Shown: one piece after another, positions 60,501 through 64,000 of the stretch
Layout: every line of letters begins with the position of its first letter
How positions within the stretch are numbered: the first letter of the stretch is position 1
NCBI GenBank assembly: GCA_043228905.1
Contig: JBHGNT010000004.1
Span: forward strand, 5,146,001 to 5,210,000
DNA: 64,000 nucleotides
Origin: Azolla caroliniana
Lineage: Eukaryota > Plantae > Polypodiophyta
Reading direction: 5' to 3'
Position numbers and translations under genes: made by a program
Notes under the pieces: model-generated
What the model saw: the letters and a program-made list of their open reading frames with translations, nothing else
Database searches by the model: none
What the model was told of the DNA's origin: nothing

Positions 60501-61076
60501 TTGAGTACCGAGGAGCGGCTATCGCGACATGCGAAGCCATATGGTTGAAGCGGCTACTTAAGGATCTGCAGGTGGAGGTGTCCGATCCGACGATGATTTA
60601 CTATGACAACCTCAGCAACATCCAATTCGCAAAGAACCCCGTCTTCCATGCACAGACCAAGCACATTGAGGTGCACTACCATTTTGTCCGTGAGCGTGTC
60701 CTTTCTGGTGAAGTCGAACTTCATTATGTTCTGATGGCTCGGCAGACCGCCGACATCTTCACCAAGCCTCTTGGTCTGGACAAGGCCGTTAGAAAGACGT
60801 TCCTCGTAAGGAATAGTTTTGGGAGTAAGTGTCGAGGCTCATTTATGAGCAGTCAAGTACTGTCAGTACTTCTGTCAGCCCATTGTCAAGGCTTGTATAA
60901 AAGTGCTCATTGAGCACATCCTGTGTACAGATTGAGTATTATCGTTTGAATTAAGTTCTTGTGCTTACTCTCTCTCTGTCTCTCCCGTGCGTACTGTGCA
61001 AACCTAAGCTTTCCATTAAACCTGCGTCTTCTGTTGTTCGGATTTCCTATATTGCTTCCGCACACCATTCTTTTCA

Positions 61077-62790
61077 AAAGGGACATCATATGGTCAAGGA
61101 TTCGCAAGAGGGTGTCGGTACAACTTTTAGAATGTCTTTTGCAGCCTTTAAGTTCCCAAGAGATTCTTAAAGCAGTAAAAGCCCTTGCAAAGGATGTTTG
61201 TCCTAGATTGGATGGGATGGGAGTCCAATGGTATATAAAATATTAGGATTTGATAGGTGATGGCCTTACCAAAGCTTATCAACAGATCTTAGACTTAGGA
61301 AATATGCCACAAGAATGGAATGAGGGGTTAATCTATATGATTCCTAAAACAAATGGACAGGTAGAAGAACTTAGTCATTGGAGACCAATTACTCTATTGA
61401 ATGTTATTTATAAGATATTAGCAAAAACAATATCTAGAAGGTTACAACCTTATCTCCCGGAGCTAATTCATGATTCCCAAACCGGTTTTATGAAAGAGCG
61501 AAGTATTTTTGACAATATTATTCTTTTTTGGGAAATGGTGGCAATTGCTGAATTACGTAACCAAGATCTAGCAGTGTTATTTCTTGATTTTGAAAAAGCT
61601 TATGATAGAGTAGATTGGGATTTTATGGAGGGAACACTACTTAGGATGGGTTTTCCTACCACCTGGATACGAGGAGTGTCAGCATTATATCGTCATGCGC
61701 ATAGTTCTCTTTTATTTGCGGGGGATATTGGTAGGCGATTTTCTATTTCAAGATCCGTGCGACAGGGATGTCCACTTGCTCCTTTTCTGTTTCTATTAGT
61801 ATTTGAAGCGTTTTCCATACATCTAAATTCTCAAGATGTAAATATTAAAGGTTTAGCACTATCTGTGGAAAACGCTGGTGTGGATAGTGAGTTTGCTGAT
61901 GATACAACTCTATACGTTGCTGCCTCACAAGTTAATTTGTTACAGGTACAAAAAGTTGTGGATGATTTCTCACATGCATCCGGAGCATTGATAAATTGGG
62001 ATAAATCATCTGGTTTTTGGATTGCTTCGGGAGATCCGTTGGTTAATATACCGCTGGTTAACATGGTCAATCCATTAGATATTTAGGTTGTAGAGTGGGT
62101 TTGGGTTTAAATGCAGAGGATATGATTGCACCATTACTGTTAAGATTAAGGAACAAGTTAATATATTGGAACAAGGAGAAGTTATCCTTAGCAGGGCCTG
62201 TAGTTGTAGCTAACTCGGTGCTTTTGTCTTCGATTTGGTATATAGCATCTACCTGGTTGTTTTCTAGGTCAATAATGCTTAAAGTTCAACGCCTTATGCG
62301 TAATTTCATTTGGGGGAACACTATTGCAGACAATTCTGTAGCAAAGGTAGCTTGGTCGGTTCTAATACAATCTAAACAAAAAGGAGGTCTAGGTTTGATT
62401 GACCCTTTTATGCAAAGTAAAGCCTTAATTGCTAAACATGTCGTTAGGAGTTTATTGCCAGGTGATGAGTTATGGAAAAAGCTATGGATTCAGCACTTGC
62501 ATAAGGTCAAGCCCTCAGTAGGAGGGCAATGGCATGATAGTCTTAGGTGGTTTTTTAATTCAGATTTTCCATTACCTAAGTCCAATGTTGGATCATTACG
62601 TTTCTTTAGTGGAATTTTCGGGCATGGGAAACTCTGCGACAAGCACTTGTTTTCTTGCCACCGAAAAATTATCATCAATTCATGCGTCAACCTTTGATCT
62701 GGAATCCTTTATTTACGGACGAAGCTGCATGTGTTTTGGGTCTATGACCGAGGTTACCTTGGGCGGCAATGGACAGTGGGCCAGCCCATA
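61077..62790 (+). mobile_element. LINE part 3: ORF2 reverse transcriptase and downstream region, degenerate
   Basis: WRPITLLN, LDFEKAYDRV, RQGCPLAP, FADD in 61250-62086 and KGGLGL in 62095-62697. Confidence 0.9.
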
Positions 62791-63059
62791 CAGTCCTGCC
62801 ACTAGCACCGTCCTTAGAGCATACAACATGACTCAACATGGAAGAGGTGATTGGGGTGCATAGTAAGAGTTTTTTCATAAAAGAATTTTTTCTCGGTAAT
62901 CTCCGATATGTTTGGTGCGGATAGTGAACCAGATGCTTTACCTTACATAGGATGAATGATAAGGTTGTTTCATAAGGACAACAGTGTATGCATTCATTTT
63001 TGTTTATGTAGGTTTAAGCTATTGGGGATACTCGATAACAATGAACTGATTGATGGGGA

Positions 63060-63690
63060 ACTTCGTGGACATTGCCAAGATGCTAATACGCGAGATGGCT
63101 GATGAGGACTGAATGAAGAAATTTTGCCTGTGATAAGGATGAGTGAAGATGATGGGGGTGTTGTAGCCGACTATCATGAATGGGTGAGATTTTTTCATGG
63201 ACATTGGCATGAGGCTAATCAGCCAGATGGTTGATATGGACTGAACGAAGAAAAATTTTCTGTGATAAGGATGAGTGAAGATGGTGGGGAGGTCGAAGCC
63301 GACTAGCACGACTGGGTGAGGAAACATTTAGACTAATTTTTTGTTGATTCATACAGGATATGCGTGGACACTGGCACCATGTTAATCAGTGAGATGGCTA
63401 ATGTCGACTGAACGAATAAATTTTTCTGGGTTAAGGATGAGTGAAGATGGTGGGGAGGGTCGAAGCCAATTATCAGGAGTGGGTGAGGAAACATTTAGAC
63501 TAATTTTTGTTGATTAATACAGGATATGCGTAGACATTGGAACCATGTTAATCTGTGAGATGGCTGATGTCGACTAAATGAAGAAATATTTGTTGTGTTA
63601 AGGATGAGTGAAGATGGTGGGGAGGGTTGAAGCCAATTATCAAGAGTGGGTGAGGAAACTTTTGGACTGATTTTGTTCTTAACACAGGAT
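63060..63690. repeat. Degenerate tandem array, 4 units of about 133-168 bp
   Basis: TAAGGATGAGTGAAGATG(G/A)TGGGG and TGGGTGAG recur four times. Confidence 0.85.
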
Positions 63691-63727
63691 TACCAACAAG
63701 ATATAATCCCAATTCAAAACCAGGTTC

Positions 63728-63961
63728 AATCTTGCATTGGAAAAAGGCAGAGAAAGGTATATAAAGACTGAGAAGATGGGCAGGCTGAAGAGAAACCAAG
63801 TTTTTTGGCAATGTTTAAGCCGATGTTTACAGGTCCAAGAGTTTGGACAAGTTATGAATCTTGCATTGGAAAAAGGCAAAGAAAGATATATAAATACTGA
63901 GAAGATCGGCAGGCTGAAGAGAAACCAGGTTTTTTGGCAATGTTTAAGCCGATGTTTACAG
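63728..63961. repeat. Tandem repeat with period about 129 bp, 2 units
   Basis: ATCTTGCATTGGAAAAAGGC...TTTAAGCCGATGTTTACAG occurs twice. Confidence 0.85.
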
Positions 63962-64000
63962 AGCTAGAAGAAGACTACGACCAAGAAGCAGCAGATTACC

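Larger units (their letters stand above)
46785..61076 (+). mobile_element. Ty1/copia element 2 (degenerate, carries two nested elements)
   Basis: 5' LTR 46785-47174, PBS TGGTATCAGAGC 47175-47186, gag 47257-47318 + 52663-53630 (CWYCGKKGH, WYVDSGASNHMT), integrase/RT/RNase H 57669-60780 with stops, 5'-deleted 3' LTR 60782-61076, TSD AAAGG/AAAGG. Confidence 0.93.

Overview
Eukaryotic, plant-like genomic DNA that is almost entirely transposable elements. The TE families suggest a non-seed plant such as a fern, but that is inference. There is one apparent host gene, an intronless divergent dirigent-like ORF (12511-13206, -). The left half holds a truncated chromovirus-type Ty3/gypsy pol, a degenerate near-full-length L1-type LINE, a hAT-type non-autonomous element carrying a LINE 3' fragment, further LINE fragments, and a decayed gypsy with a non-autonomous relative nested inside it. 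The right half (about 31200-62800) is one LINE split by a three-level nest of LTR retrotransposons, each bounded by a readable target-site duplication (TSD): copia-1 contains a young intact tRNA-Trp-primed gypsy, and copia-2 contains copia-3 and a chromovirus. The most interesting signals are (i) antisense tRNA-like Pol III A/B-box cassettes in the U3 of two unrelated gypsy LTRs, (ii) an intact Trp-primed, 4-bp-TSD gypsy with a -1 frameshift slippery site plus pseudoknot after gag-protease, (iii) strong CCGG enrichment in the young elements, and (iv) a 5' LTR whose R-U5 is precisely inverted. All coordinates and counts were read by hand; no searches were run.
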